Assembly: GCF_963921235.1 (NCBI RefSeq)
Contig: NC_086097.1
Location: 92,754,001-92,818,000, forward strand
Length of the DNA stretch: 64,000 nt
From: Mobula hypostoma
Lineage: Eukaryota
Direction: 5' to 3'
In this document: in pieces, positions 13,450-24,658 of the stretch
Position numbering within the stretch: the stretch's first letter is position 1
Layout: the number at the start of each line of letters is the position of its first letter
Notes under the pieces: generated by a model
The model's database searches: none
Told to the model about the DNA's origin: nothing
Seen by the model: the letters and a program-made list of their open reading frames with translations, nothing else
Translations under genes and position numbers: made by a program

Positions 13450-16025
13450 ACGGACTGCAGAGCCTGCCGGCCTCGACGCTAGCAGGCATGAACTTTCGGT
13501 TGCGGCCCCTGCCGTTGGTCTCGGCGGCTCCAACACCTCAGGACATATTCAAAACCCGGACTCCAGCAACGACCATGGAGACATTCAAAGCGATCGCGCA
13601 ACCACCAACTGCGACTCCAGCCTTGAACTCCAGGCCGGGTCTTTATGTGCTGCTGTTGTGACTCCCGTCTCCCCTTCCCCCACCACCACTCCGCAGCCCC
13701 GTCTTCCTCAGATCCCACCGTCAACTCCTGGGCCCTCAGAGGCTCCATCTTCCTCTCACCCCAACCCTCCCCTCTCCATTGACACCCCCAGCCTCCCCCC
13801 TCCCCCCTCTGATCCCAGCTCTCATCCGTGCCGGGTCTTTACCATCCCCTCCGACCTTCAACTGTCGGAGGCAGAACACTCTGTTCTCAGTAAGGGCCTC
13901 ACGTTTGTCCCCCTTCGCCCACACCTCAGCGAGTTCCGTGTTCGCCATGATGCGGAACTTTTCTTCCGCCGTCTCCGTCTCCGAGCCTACTTCTTCGGCA
14001 AGGACTCTTCCACCCCCACCGATGACCCCTTCTCCCGTCTTCATCCCTCCTCTTCTTCATGGACACCCCGCTCTGGTCTTCTGCCTGCTCTGGATCTCTT
14101 TTATTGCCAACTGCCGACGGGACATCAACCGTCTCGACTTCACCGCACCTTGTCCCCATTCCAACCTCACTCCTTCGGAACGCTCTGCTCTCCACTCCCT
14201 CCGCACTAATCCTAACATTATTATTAAACCCGCTGATAAGGGGGGTGCTGTTGTAGTCTGGCGTACTGACCTCTACCTTGCCGAGGCACAGCGACAACTC
14301 GCGGATACCTCCTCTTATTTACCCCTCGATCGTGACCCCACTAAGGAGCACCAGGCCATTGTCTCCCACACTATCAACGACTTTATCCGCTCAGGGGATC
14401 TCCCATCCACTGCTACCAACCTTATAGTTCCCACACCCCGCACTTCCCGTTTCTACCTCCTACCCAAGATCCACAAACCTGCCTGTCCTGGCCGACCTAT
14501 TGTCTCAGCTTGCTCCTGCCCCACCGAACTCGTTTCTGCATACCTCGACACTGTTTTATCACCCCTTGTTCAATCCCTTCCGACCTATGTTCGTGACACT
14601 TCTCACGCTCTTAAACTTTTCGATGATTTTAAGTTCCCTGGCCCCCACCGCTTTATTTTCACCTTGGATGTCCAGTCCCTATATACTTCCATCCCCCATC
14701 AGGAAGGTCTCAAAGCTCTACGCTTCTTTTTGGATTCCAGACCTAATCAGTTCCCCTCTACCACCACTCTGCTCCGTCTAGCAGAATTAGTCCTTACTCT
14801 TAATAATTTCTCCTTTTGCTCCTCCCATTTCCTCCAAACTAAAGGTGTAGCTATGGGCACCCGTATGGGTCCTAGCTATGCCTGCCTTTTTGTTGGGTTT
14901 GTGGAACAATCTATGTTCCGTGCCTATTCTGGTATCTGTCCCCCACTTTTCCTTCGCTACATCGACGACTGCATTGGCGCTGCTTCCTGCACGCATGCAG
15001 AACTCGTTGACTTTATTAACTTTGCCTCCAACTTTCACCCTGCCCTCAAGTTTACCTGGTCCATTTCTGACACCTCCCTCCCCTTTCTAGATCTTTCTGT
15101 CTCTGTCTCTGGAGACAGCTTATCCACTGGTGTCTACTATAAGCCTACTGACTCTCACAACTATCTGGACTATTCCTCTTCTCACCCTGTCTCTTGCAAA
15201 AACGCCATCCCCTTCTCGCAATTCCTCCGTCTCCGCCGCATCTGCTCTCAGGATGAGGCTTTTCATTCTAGGACGAGGGAGATGTCTTCATTTTTTAAAG
15301 AAAGGGGCTTCCCTTCCTCCACTATCAACTCTGCTCTTAAACGCATCTCCCCCATTTCACGTACATCTGCTCTCACTCCATCCTCCCACCACCCCACTAG
15401 GAATAGGGTTCCCCTGGTCCTCACCTACCACCCCACCAGCCTCCGGGTCCAACATATTATTCTCCGTAACTTCCGCCACCTCCAACGGGATCCCACCACT
15501 AAGCATATCTTTCCCTCCCCGCCTCTCTCTGCATTCCGCAGGGATCGCTCCCTACACAACTCCCTTGTCCATTCGTCCCCCCCATCCCTCCCCACTGATC
15601 TCCCTCCTGGCACTTATCCGTGTAAGCGGAACAAGTGCTACACATGCCCTTACACTTCCTCCCTTACCACCATTCAGGGCCCCAAACAGTCCTTCCAGGT
15701 GAGGCATCACTTCACCTGTGAGTCGACTGGGGTGATATACTGCGTCCGGTGCTCCCGATGTGGCCTTTTATATATTGGTGAGACCCGACGCAGACTGGGA
15801 GACCGCTTTGCTGAACATCTACGCTCTGTCCGCCAGAGAAAGCAGGATCTCCCAGTGGCCACACATTTTAATTCCACATCCCATTCCCATTCTGACATGT
15901 CTATCCACGGCCTCCTCTACTGTAAAGATGAAGCCACACTCAGGTTGGAGGAACAACACCTTATATTCCGTCTGGGTAGCCTCCAACCTGATGGCATGAA
16001 CATTGACTTCTCTAACTTCCGCTAG
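13450..16025 (+). pseudogene. PLE polyprotein: RT (FYLLPKIHK, PGRPIVS, DVQSLYTSIP, GVAMGTRMGPSYA, RYIDD) + Cys linker (CKRNKCYTC) + GIY-YIG (VIYCVRC..YIGET)
   Basis: The frame of ORF 13658..14209 is open from the 13450 junction to LPALDLF. One extra T in the run at 14099-14102 shifts it into ORF 13779..16025. No ATG at the truncated 5' end. Confidence 0.9.
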
Positions 16026-16314
16026 GCCCCACCTCCCCCTCGTACCCCATCTGTTACTCTTTTTAATGCACACATTCTTTCTCTCACTCTCCTTTTTCTC
16101 CCTCTGTCCCTCTGAATATACCTCTTGCCCATCCTCTGGGTCACCCCCCCCCCCGTCTTTCTTCCCGGACCTCCTGTCCCATGATCCTCTCGTATCCCCT
16201 TCTGCCTATCACCTGTCCAGCTCTCGGCTCCATCCCTCCCCCTCCTGTCTTCTCCTATCATTTTGCATCTCCCCCTCCCCCTCCAGCTTTCAAATCCCTT
16301 ACTCACTCTTCCTT

Positions 16315-16356
16315 CAGTTAGTCCTGACGAAGGGTCTCGGCCTGAAACGTCGACTG
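16315..16356 (+). ncRNA. Minimal type-I hammerhead ribozyme (dimer-type), intact core
   Basis: Helix I uaguc/gacug, CUGACGA at 16324-16330, short helix II, GAAACGUC at 16344-16351 with a loop-less palindromic helix III (ACGU). Predicted cleavage after C16351. Confidence 0.85.
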
Positions 16357-16599
16357 CGCCTCTTCCTATAGATGCTGCTTGGCCTGCTGCGTTCACCAGC
16401 AACTTTGATGTATGTTGCTTGAATTTCCAGCATCTGCAGAATTCCTGTTGTTTATCTTGTTGTAATCTCATTACTGTCTCTGGAACCTTACTGTATGCAG
16501 ATAAACTGCTGTGCTTCCTGAATTTAAAACAGTGATTGCAGTGCTACAACATTTGAATTACTGGACCAGAAATCCAGAGATATGGATGAGCAGTCTAAA

Positions 16600-17530
16600 T
16601 ATTACTGGGACAGCAGTGAAGTTATCGCTTACTCAAGAGGTGGCTGAAGATCAATCGACCTGGCCCCAAGTCATCACTGCAGAGATTCCTCAGGAGAGTG
16701 TCTTCAGCAGCTTCATTGATGACCTTTCTATCACACGGTCAGAAGTGAAAGAAGTTGCTGAGTATTGCACAATGTTCAATTTTATTCACTTACTTTCACA
16801 TAATGAGACTAAGACACCATTGGCCATGGGCTGATAAATGATAAACATCACTTGCACAAGCGCTAGGCTTTAACCACCTCAAACAAAGTGGAGTCTAACT
16901 AAACTTGGCAACGAAGAATCATCAAGACCTCCCCCCACCCCACTATCAATATCCAGAGATCACCATTGACCAGAAACTCCACTAGATCAGATGCACAAAT
17001 ACTGTCAGAGAATGGGTATCACGTACCTTGTGACATCTCAAAGCCTTTCCACCATGTTCAAGGCACAAATAAGAGTGATAGATTACCCTTCACTTGCGAA
17101 GATGTGTGCAGTCCCAAGAAAACACAGGTTGTTAGACAACAGCCCGAAGAAAGCAGCGTGATTATTTGGTACCCACCCAACATCCCAGACAATAATTCTC
17201 TCCACTACCAGCACTGACTACAGAAAAAAGCCATTCACCTATGCTAATCTGATTACACCACCAAATGCACAGGCTCTACCAATAGGAAAGACAGGCACAT
17301 GAGAATACCACATCCACTTAAAGGCTACTCCCACTCTCTGCCAACACACACATCATACTGACAGTTTCTTCATCACCATCAGATCTAACTCCTCAAACTC
17401 CATGTCCAACAGCACTGCAAAAGTAGTTGCACCAGAAAGAGAGCAGCAGTTCACCTACACCTCCTCAAGAGAAATTCAGGGCAGACAATTAAATGCTGGC
17501 CTTTCCAGCATTTCCAGGTTCTGGAAAAAA
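16600..17530 (+). mobile_element. Old degenerate CR1/L2-group LINE remnant
   Basis: Weak RT motif ITAEIPQESVFSSFIDDL (GVPQGS..FINDL-like) in ORF 16511..16834. Confidence 0.4.
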
Positions 17531-17791
17531 AGAAATCAACCAAGTATTCCAACCTCAGTCAACAATCACCGCTGTTCAAGTAACTCACCACTCACTTCAC
17601 TCCTCTTTGAGACCCATAGGAGCACATTATCCTATATACCACACAGGATTATTAAAAATTACTGCTTAAACCTGCTCATATTTGTTAAAGACATCTGGGA
17701 AATTTAATTTGCATTTACTATATCAAAAAAGATCTCGGGTTTAATTCCTGATTTCTAGTTAACTGAGTGCAGCGTCAAAAAAAAGTAGTTA

Positions 17792-19337
17792 CAGCTCTGT
17801 GCAAAAGTGTTAGACACCCTTGATTTTTTTTATATGATGTCAGAAGGTATGGCCTGATCTCAACAGCACCAAGGCTGCCTGGGATTACCTGGAGAGACAG
17901 AAGCAAGCCTGACAGCTGAAGTCTGCAGAAGAAGGTTAGTTAGGACGGTTCAATCGTTAGGTATTAATATCGAAGTAGTGAAATGAATTCAGCTGGCTGG
18001 CTGGGAGACACCAGAGAGTAGTGGTGGATAACTGTGTGTCAGATTGGAGGGTGGTGTCTAGTGGTGTGCCTCAGGGATCTGTACTGGGTCCAATGTTGTT
18101 TGTCATATATATTAATGATCTGGATGATGGGGTGGTAAACTGGATTAGTAAGTATGCAGATGATACTAAGATAGGTGGAGTTGTGGATAATGAAGTAGGT
18201 TTTCAAAGCTTGCAGAGAGATTTAGGCCAGTTAGAAGAATGGGCTGAAAGATGGCAGATGGAGTTTAATGCTGATAAATGTGAGGTGCTACATTTTGGTA
18301 GGGCTAATCAAAATAGGACATACATGGTAAATGGTAGGGCATTGAAGAATGCAGTAGAACAGAGGGATCTAGGAATAATGGTGCATAGTTCTCTGAAGGT
18401 GGAATCTCATGTGGATAGTGTGGTGAAGAAAGCTTTTGGTATGCTGGCCTTTATAAATCAGAGCATTGAGTATAGGAGTTGGGATGTAATGTTGAAAATT
18501 GTACAATGCATTGGTAAGGCCAAATTTGGAGTATTGTGTACAGTTCTGGTCACCGAATTATAGGAAAGATGTCAACAAAATTGAGAGAGTACAGAGAAGA
18601 TTTACTAGAATGTTACCTGGGTTTCATCTCCTAAGTTACAGAGAAAGGTTGAACAAGTTGGGTCTTTATTCTTTGGAGCGTAGAAGGCTGAGGGGGGACT
18701 TGATAGAGGTATTTAAAATTATGAGGGGGATAGATAGAGTTGACGTGGATAGGCTTTTTCCATTAAGAGTGGGGGAGATTCAAACAACAGAACATGAGTT
18801 GAGAGTTAAAGGGCAAAAGTTTAGGGGTAACATGAGGGGGAACTTCTTTACTCAGAGAGTGGTAGCTGTGTGGAACGAGCTTCCAGCAGAATTGGTTGAG
18901 GCAGGTTCAATGTTGTAATTTAAAGTTAAATTGGATAGATATATGGACAGGAAAGGAATGGAGGGTTATGGGCTGAGTGCAGGTCGGTGGGACTAGGTGA
19001 GAGTAAGAGTTCGGCACGGACTAGAAGGACTGAGATGGCCCGTTTCTGTGCTGTAATTGGTATATGGTTATATGGTATAAGAACTGTGGCAAGATGCTGG
19101 GAACAACCTACCCACTGATTTTTTTATAAAACTGCACAAAAGTGTACCTAAGAGAATTAATGCAGTTTTAAATGCAAAGAGTGGTCACACCAAATGTTGA
19201 TTTGATTTCGTTTTTTTGACTGTTAACTGCTCTTTATAGTAATTTTTTGATATTTAGAAACTTGTCATTTCATTATTTTTAGTAGCTTCGCTTCACAGAA
19301 TTTTTTTTTACATGCGCCTGACTTTTGCACAGCACTG
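17792..19337 (+). mobile_element. Tc1-like non-autonomous DNA transposon (interrupted by CR1)
   Basis: TA-flanked TIRs cagctctgtgcaaaagt / acttttgcacagcactg. Remnant Tc1 C-terminus (PDLN..WDYLE..; VPKRINAVLNAKSGHTK) lies on both sides of the CR1. Confidence 0.8.
17933..19078 (+). mobile_element. CR1/HER1-type LINE, 5'-truncated
   Basis: SGVPQGSVLGP, YADDTK, RPNLEYCVQFWSP and LERRRLRGDLIE motifs; (tatatgg)n tail. Confidence 0.92.
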
Positions 19338-19895
19338 TAGATTTGAGCTATCATGCCTTTCACATCCCAGAACACACAATAGTGCCTTAAATGTAATTAA
19401 TTACTTACAAAGCAGAAAAACTGCAGATGCAGAAAATTCAGCAGGTTGGAAAGCATCCATGAATTAATACTTTCTGTCAAAGACCATTCATCAGAACTGC
19501 TATGTATCTCCAGCATTTGACACAACTGTGATACAAGAACAACCATTGTACCTACTGGAAGGTTCCACAGACAGCAGTGAGATAGTAACCACTGTACCTA
19601 TTTCATTGTATAGGTTGGACTTTACATTTTTTCCTTTACTATTTGCAGTGATTAGCACAGTTGCCTTCTCTTAAGTGCTGTAGCCAAGTGTGAAGAGCAC
19701 CATCCTTTTGACCATCCATGCTCCAATATCAGAGGTTGAGTTCCGTCACAACCAGCTCCACACCACTGGCTGAGACTTGTCAGTCTGAAGCACTTGCACT
19801 GTTGATGCCTTCAGGAGGAAAAGCAGAGCTGGAGAAAGAAACTGAGATCATGAAACTGGCTGCTGAATGCAGGTGGCAGTGATACATTCACTCAC

Positions 19896-20045
19896 CTAAT
19901 CGTGCCATGAGGTTATTGCGTTCTTCCTCAATCTCTTCCTTAGACATGGTCTGCAGTCGAGCAAGGTTCTCTTCATGAATCCTCTGAGCTTCATGAGGGC
20001 TTATTTCTTTCCCCAGTTTTTCTTCTGAAGCCCATCTCTCATTAT
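19896..20045 (-). CDS. RPAP1: RPAP1 coding exon 5 (DNERWASE..EAQRIHEENLARLQTMSKEEIEEERNNLMARL)
   Basis: tttcag|at and ttag|gtgagt, 150 nt, phase 1-1. IHEENxARLxxMxxEEI is the conserved RPAP1 N-terminal domain motif. Confidence 0.92.
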
Positions 20046-20992
20046 CTGAAACTGTACACAAATAAAAGCTTAAGGGTGTAAAGAAGTTGTGGAATTTAGT
20101 AAACAAATCTAAAATCCACTCAATTACTTACCAACAATTACACACCATGGCAGAATAATGGGGATTGCAAATCTCTGTTGCATTAGTCACTCAGACTATG
20201 GCTAATCTGTTTCTTAACATGAGGGGATTACTCATGAACTATCATGCCCATAATTTAATTAGAACTGAAAAAAGAAATCAAAAAACTGTACATGCTGGAA
20301 ATCTGAAATAGAAACAAAAAGTGCTAGAAACACTCAGCAAGTCAGGTAGCATCTATGGAAAGAGAAAATATGGTTTCATACTGAAGACTCACATTTCAGT
20401 TCTGACAAATGATAACATTGATTGTGCTTTTCTTTCCACAGATCCTGTCTGACCGACTGAGTGTTCCAGCTCTTCAGCTTTCAGTCCCATTGTTAATTAT
20501 ATTGTTGGCCCAACATCAGTCAAGGACATTGCTCTCTGCTCTTCCCCTTTTGTTAATACAGCTCAAGAAATACTTAATAGAGCCATATGAATAAGTAGCA
20601 AGTAGAAAGATATGCTACACTTATATAGCCCTGGGAGGCACACTCACTTTCCTGTCAGTTCAGCAACAGAACATATTATGCTTAGTGACAAGGGATATTT
20701 TTAATAAACATTATGCTACAAATGGAAGACACAAGAGACTGCAGATGCTGAAATCTGGTGCGAAAAACAAACTCATTGTGTCAGGCAGCATTTGCAGAGG
20801 CCGTGGCAGAGTTGATATCTTAGCTAAGACCCAACACCAGGACTAAGACTGTAAGGGAGAGACAGCTACTATACCAAGGAGAGAGGAAGGAGCAGAGTAG
20901 CAGTGAGCAAGCAGCAGTTATGTCAAGCTGGGCGGGTGGGGGGGGGGGGAGTGATGGACAGGATGCTACAGAACTCTTTTGTGTAAATTCAC

Positions 20993-21173
20993 CTGGTGAG
21001 TGGCTCTTTTCCGATGTTTCTCTAGTCTGAGACTGAGCTGATACTGGCTGCGCTGAACCCGTGGTCAATGGGCTGGTTCGACACTGTGAAGATTCTGCCC
21101 GATGTGCTTCAATTGCTCTTTTTGCCTCGAGTTTCTGGGCAAAGATACTTTTTCTTCCCGAAACTGGCTTCAA
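20993..21173 (-). CDS. RPAP1: RPAP1 coding exon 4 (LKPVSGRKSIFAQKLEAKR...)
   Basis: ttatcag|ttg and ccag|gtgaat, 181 nt, phase 0-1; SIFAQ motif. Confidence 0.88.
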
Positions 21174-21790
21174 CTGATAAAAGAAAAATATACACCGCAT
21201 TATAGATAGGCATGTAAAATGAAATGGACAAATGTGGATCATTCCAAAAGACCAAAGAATCTAATTATTTATTGAAGAATTTCTGGGCTGCCTCTCCACT
21301 TATCTATCATGGAATCTATTTCATTCACTAGAATTCACTCCAATTATTCCAAAAGAAACATCGTCAGTAAATATCATGAAATGCTTATTTTAGGGGTACG
21401 GAGTCTAGCTATCGAGTGGTACTGTTGAAAGATTACTGATCTGAAACTTTAGCTTGGACTCTCTTTCTACGCATGCTGCGTGGTCTACTGAGCACGTTCA
21501 GCACAGTGTTCTTAGAGCCGTTCTTTTTCATTCCTCCCCACCCATTTCCCTGCTTTTGTAGCTCCTTGAGATCCATTAAATGTTCAATTATTTACAAGCT
21601 CAATTGAAATATTATTGACATGAACTCCACACATCTCTGTACGCACGCTGTCAAGCCAGCAGAATACTTCAGCATTTTCTGATTCTTTTCCCTGTCCTCA
21701 TTTCTTGTGTCAGCCTGATGTTATCTGCACATCAGAGTTTAATACCCTTTTATCTGTAAAGAAGAAAATAGTAAATTTACAATAGTTTAC

Positions 21791-21883
21791 CTCGCTTTGT
21801 ATCTCCGACCTGTGAAAGACCTTTGGGAAGGCTTGTCCTGTCGATAATGGCGGATTTATGGTACTCCCTGTAGTGTCTCTCTC
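21791..21883 (-). CDS. RPAP1: RPAP1 coding exon 3 (ERDTTGSTINPPLSTGQAFPKVFHRSEIQSE)
   Basis: ttcag|gag and gag|gtaaac, 93 nt, phase 0-0; matches ERDT..G.AFP.VF.RS. Confidence 0.9.
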
Positions 21884-22478
21884 CTGAAGGAAAATAACGC
21901 AAAAGAAATTGTTAAAACTTTTACATTTAACCTTTATATTTTCTTCTAGGACAGTCACAACAGATGGTTCTCCAACCAGCAGACAGACAAATGTTTAACA
22001 AGGTACAAGCAACTGTAAAACCATGTGTGGTTAGTCCGGCAACAATGAAATAGCATTGAGAATAGGGCTCTGAAGCTGGCCAAAACCATTAGATGGACCA
22101 TGAAGTATAAGCAGTGCAGAAGAAATCAACAATAAAGCTGATAATCGGGCACGCTTTAACTTTGATAGTCTCAGACTGACAGATTTTCCCCACTATTGAG
22201 TGTTATTTCTACTAATATCCAACAAACCTTTTTCAGATGTCACACAGTACTATAATAAAATTTCCAGTGAACCAGGCAAGTTTAAAAGGAGCATGAGAAC
22301 AGGACCCTGATGATCAGGAAGGGCACACATGGACAGGGCCCTTTGTCAATGTCAATGGAGCTTGAAACGAGTGGGAAGGGATCGTGGCAAAAAAAAACAT
22401 CTGCTGAGTAAGATACCAAGCCACTGGGATTTCTAAATAGTCAGCAGATCATCGGATTTTTCATGCAAGATAACTTAC

Positions 22479-22627
22479 AATGATCTTGGAAAGGACAGCT
22501 GTGATGTGTCTGTCCTGTAGATCCATCTGCTCCTCACTATCATCCTCCTGGAATCTGACTCTTTCTGCTTTAAACTTGGACTTCTTGGGTGCAACTGGCA
22601 TGAGTGATGGAGGATGGTCGGGAAGAG
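22479..22627 (-). CDS. RPAP1: RPAP1 coding exon 2 (LPDHPPSLMPVAPKK...DRHITAVLSKII)
   Basis: ttttag|ct and att|gtaagt, 149 nt, phase 1-0; HITAVLxKII motif. Confidence 0.92.
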
Positions 22628-23824
22628 CTAAAACATAAGAGATGTTTTTTAACAGCAAGATCCCACTATAGCACTGTTACAGTAATCAGACCATCAGTTT
22701 TCTTGATTGAGGGTAAAATAATGGACTCAGCACCAAAGATATTTTTTATCTTCTTTGAAGAAAGCTGGGAGATTATACACATTCAACCAAGAGCCTTCAG
22801 ATTCATGCTTTATCCTAGCTGAGATATTGTACCACTGCAACACACTAGTGTACAGCGTACTTAAATCATCAGCATTGATGATGAACCTGCAATCTTCTGA
22901 AATGACGTACAAAAGCAAACAATGAAGCTGCACAAGCCAATGTACACCAACCCAAAGGGGATTATAAGTGAACAAATAGCTTTATTAAAGTGCACAGTCC
23001 ACATTTCGGGTCAAGGCTCATCACCAGTACTTCATGACCTTTCATGAAAGGTGTCAGTATGAAACGTTAACTGTTTATTCCTCTCCATAGATGCCTGATG
23101 TGCTCAGTTCTTCCAGATTTTGTGTGTGTTACTCTGGATTTCCAATATCTGCAGAATCTCGTGTGCTTTATTGAAGTGGATAGTTTAAGAAGATATCTTA
23201 AAGGAAGGTTGAAGGAGAAAAAGTAGAAATAGAGAAACAATGGGTCTGAAATGGACTCCAGGTGAACTGAATATGTCAACACCAACTATTTGCAAGGAGT
23301 ATTTAGCAAAGCCTAATGGAAAATTCCCAAATATGATATACATATACTTATTTTCATTAAAGTGGAAGTTAATTAATCTCAAAAAGATAGAAGGATATGT
23401 TAGAAGTATGAGATGAGGAAAACAGTGGAAAAAAGCTTCAGAGGAGGATTTACACCAGCACATGCCTCCAGTATATGAGGAGGAATTTCTTCAAAGGACA
23501 GCAATAGCTTGAAATTGTGTATCCATAACTTCTACGGATAGGCAGATGAAGGTTTCAGGGCTAAAATGACCAAGCATACGCTGTATACGGGTATCCAGAG
23601 ACAGAGGAATCTGAGGTACAATTGGCTAAGATATGATCTGATTGTGGAGCACGTGGTCTGAGTGGCCTATTCTTAATGTTCTTATCCATGTCAATTATTA
23701 AACTAAAACCAATCAACTACACAAAACCCCAGTAGGAGGGGGTACAAAATTGGCATTTACACCACACCCCTCATATAAGACCTAGCATTCTTATATTAAT
23801 ATCAACACAAGAACAAATTCGTAC

Positions 23825-24011
23825 CTTCCAAGGTAACCATGTCCCTTAAATCTTCAGTGGCTTGACTTCCACCAGTACTTTCTGATTCCACTTTCCTCTT
23901 GTCTGCCTTCTTTACGACTTTGGCAGCTGGAAACATCCCTGTGGCTAGGAAATTTTGCTGAAACCGCAGGAGGTCATCCTCGGATTCTCCAGGTTTTGGC
24001 CTTCCCAGCAT
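23825..24011 (-). CDS. RPAP1: RPAP1 coding exon 1 ([23 protein letters not shown]...); exon begins at 24034 with 23 nt of 5'UTR
   Basis: Matches the RPAP1 N-terminus [23 protein letters not shown]. Acceptor ttcacag|gg at 24034, donor gaag|gtacga, 187 coding nt. Confidence 0.93.
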
Positions 24012-24658
24012 CTTCCTTAGACTGTGATGGTGCCCTGTGAATGACAAAGCATCAGCCAACATCACTGCAATTTCAGGACATGTGTCCAACACCATGGGAT
24101 CTTAGGATATTGATGCACAGGAAGGAACTTGCCCTACTGTGCTTGCACTGGACCTTTGGTAACCAGCTATCCAATTAATTTGCCTGTTCTACACTTTTTC
24201 CCCATACTGTTATGAGGTTTGTCCTTCCAAAAACTTTACGAAAAGGGGCAAAACTATCAATAGTTACTCACCTCCATCCCTTGCTTTGGTTGCTGATTAG
24301 ATTCACACAGCACAGTGGACCAATTACCAGACTATAATTCTGCCTCTCATTTAAAAGTAGATTCCTTAAGGTTGTTATAGATGGGGGGGGGGGGGTAATG
24401 GGGACAAGGTCCCACTACCTATTAAATGCTCCCAAAGGCATGCACCTCAAATAGCCTCTGAAAAACCAAGTCCAGCTCCTGGCCTTCACGTGTGGCTTAG
24501 CTACTAAACAAGGTGGAACCATTTCTACTAACAGCAGAACAGGGAAAGGCGGGCTTCTGGCACTCTAAAGTCCATTGTTTCGAGCAGATGTGGCTCGTCA
24601 GCAATGGCTGACAGCTCATCTCTAGAAGGAAAACTGATCTTGAACCCTCAAGACTATA

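Larger units (their letters stand above)
13450..16455 (+). mobile_element. Penelope-like element (Neptune-type), 5'-truncated, young
   Basis: RT plus GIY-YIG ORF, followed by a pyrimidine-rich 3'UTR, a hammerhead ribozyme and a terminal hairpin. Confidence 0.93.

Noticed and set aside
13446..13661. L1-PLE fusion ORF or UGA (selenocysteine) readthrough at the PLE 5' end
   Set aside because: The true PLE frame is a different one and has no in-frame UGA. It is closed by TAG at 13433 in the L1 sequence, so there is no fusion.
16003..16535. Recurrent small ORFs such as MLVNAAGQAASLGRGTVDVSGRDPSSGLTE and ..SVSPDEGSRPETST.. (also at 34746, 36394, 44461, 47415, 49122)
   Set aside because: These are incidental translations of the non-coding PLE tail/hammerhead; lengths and frames vary between copies.
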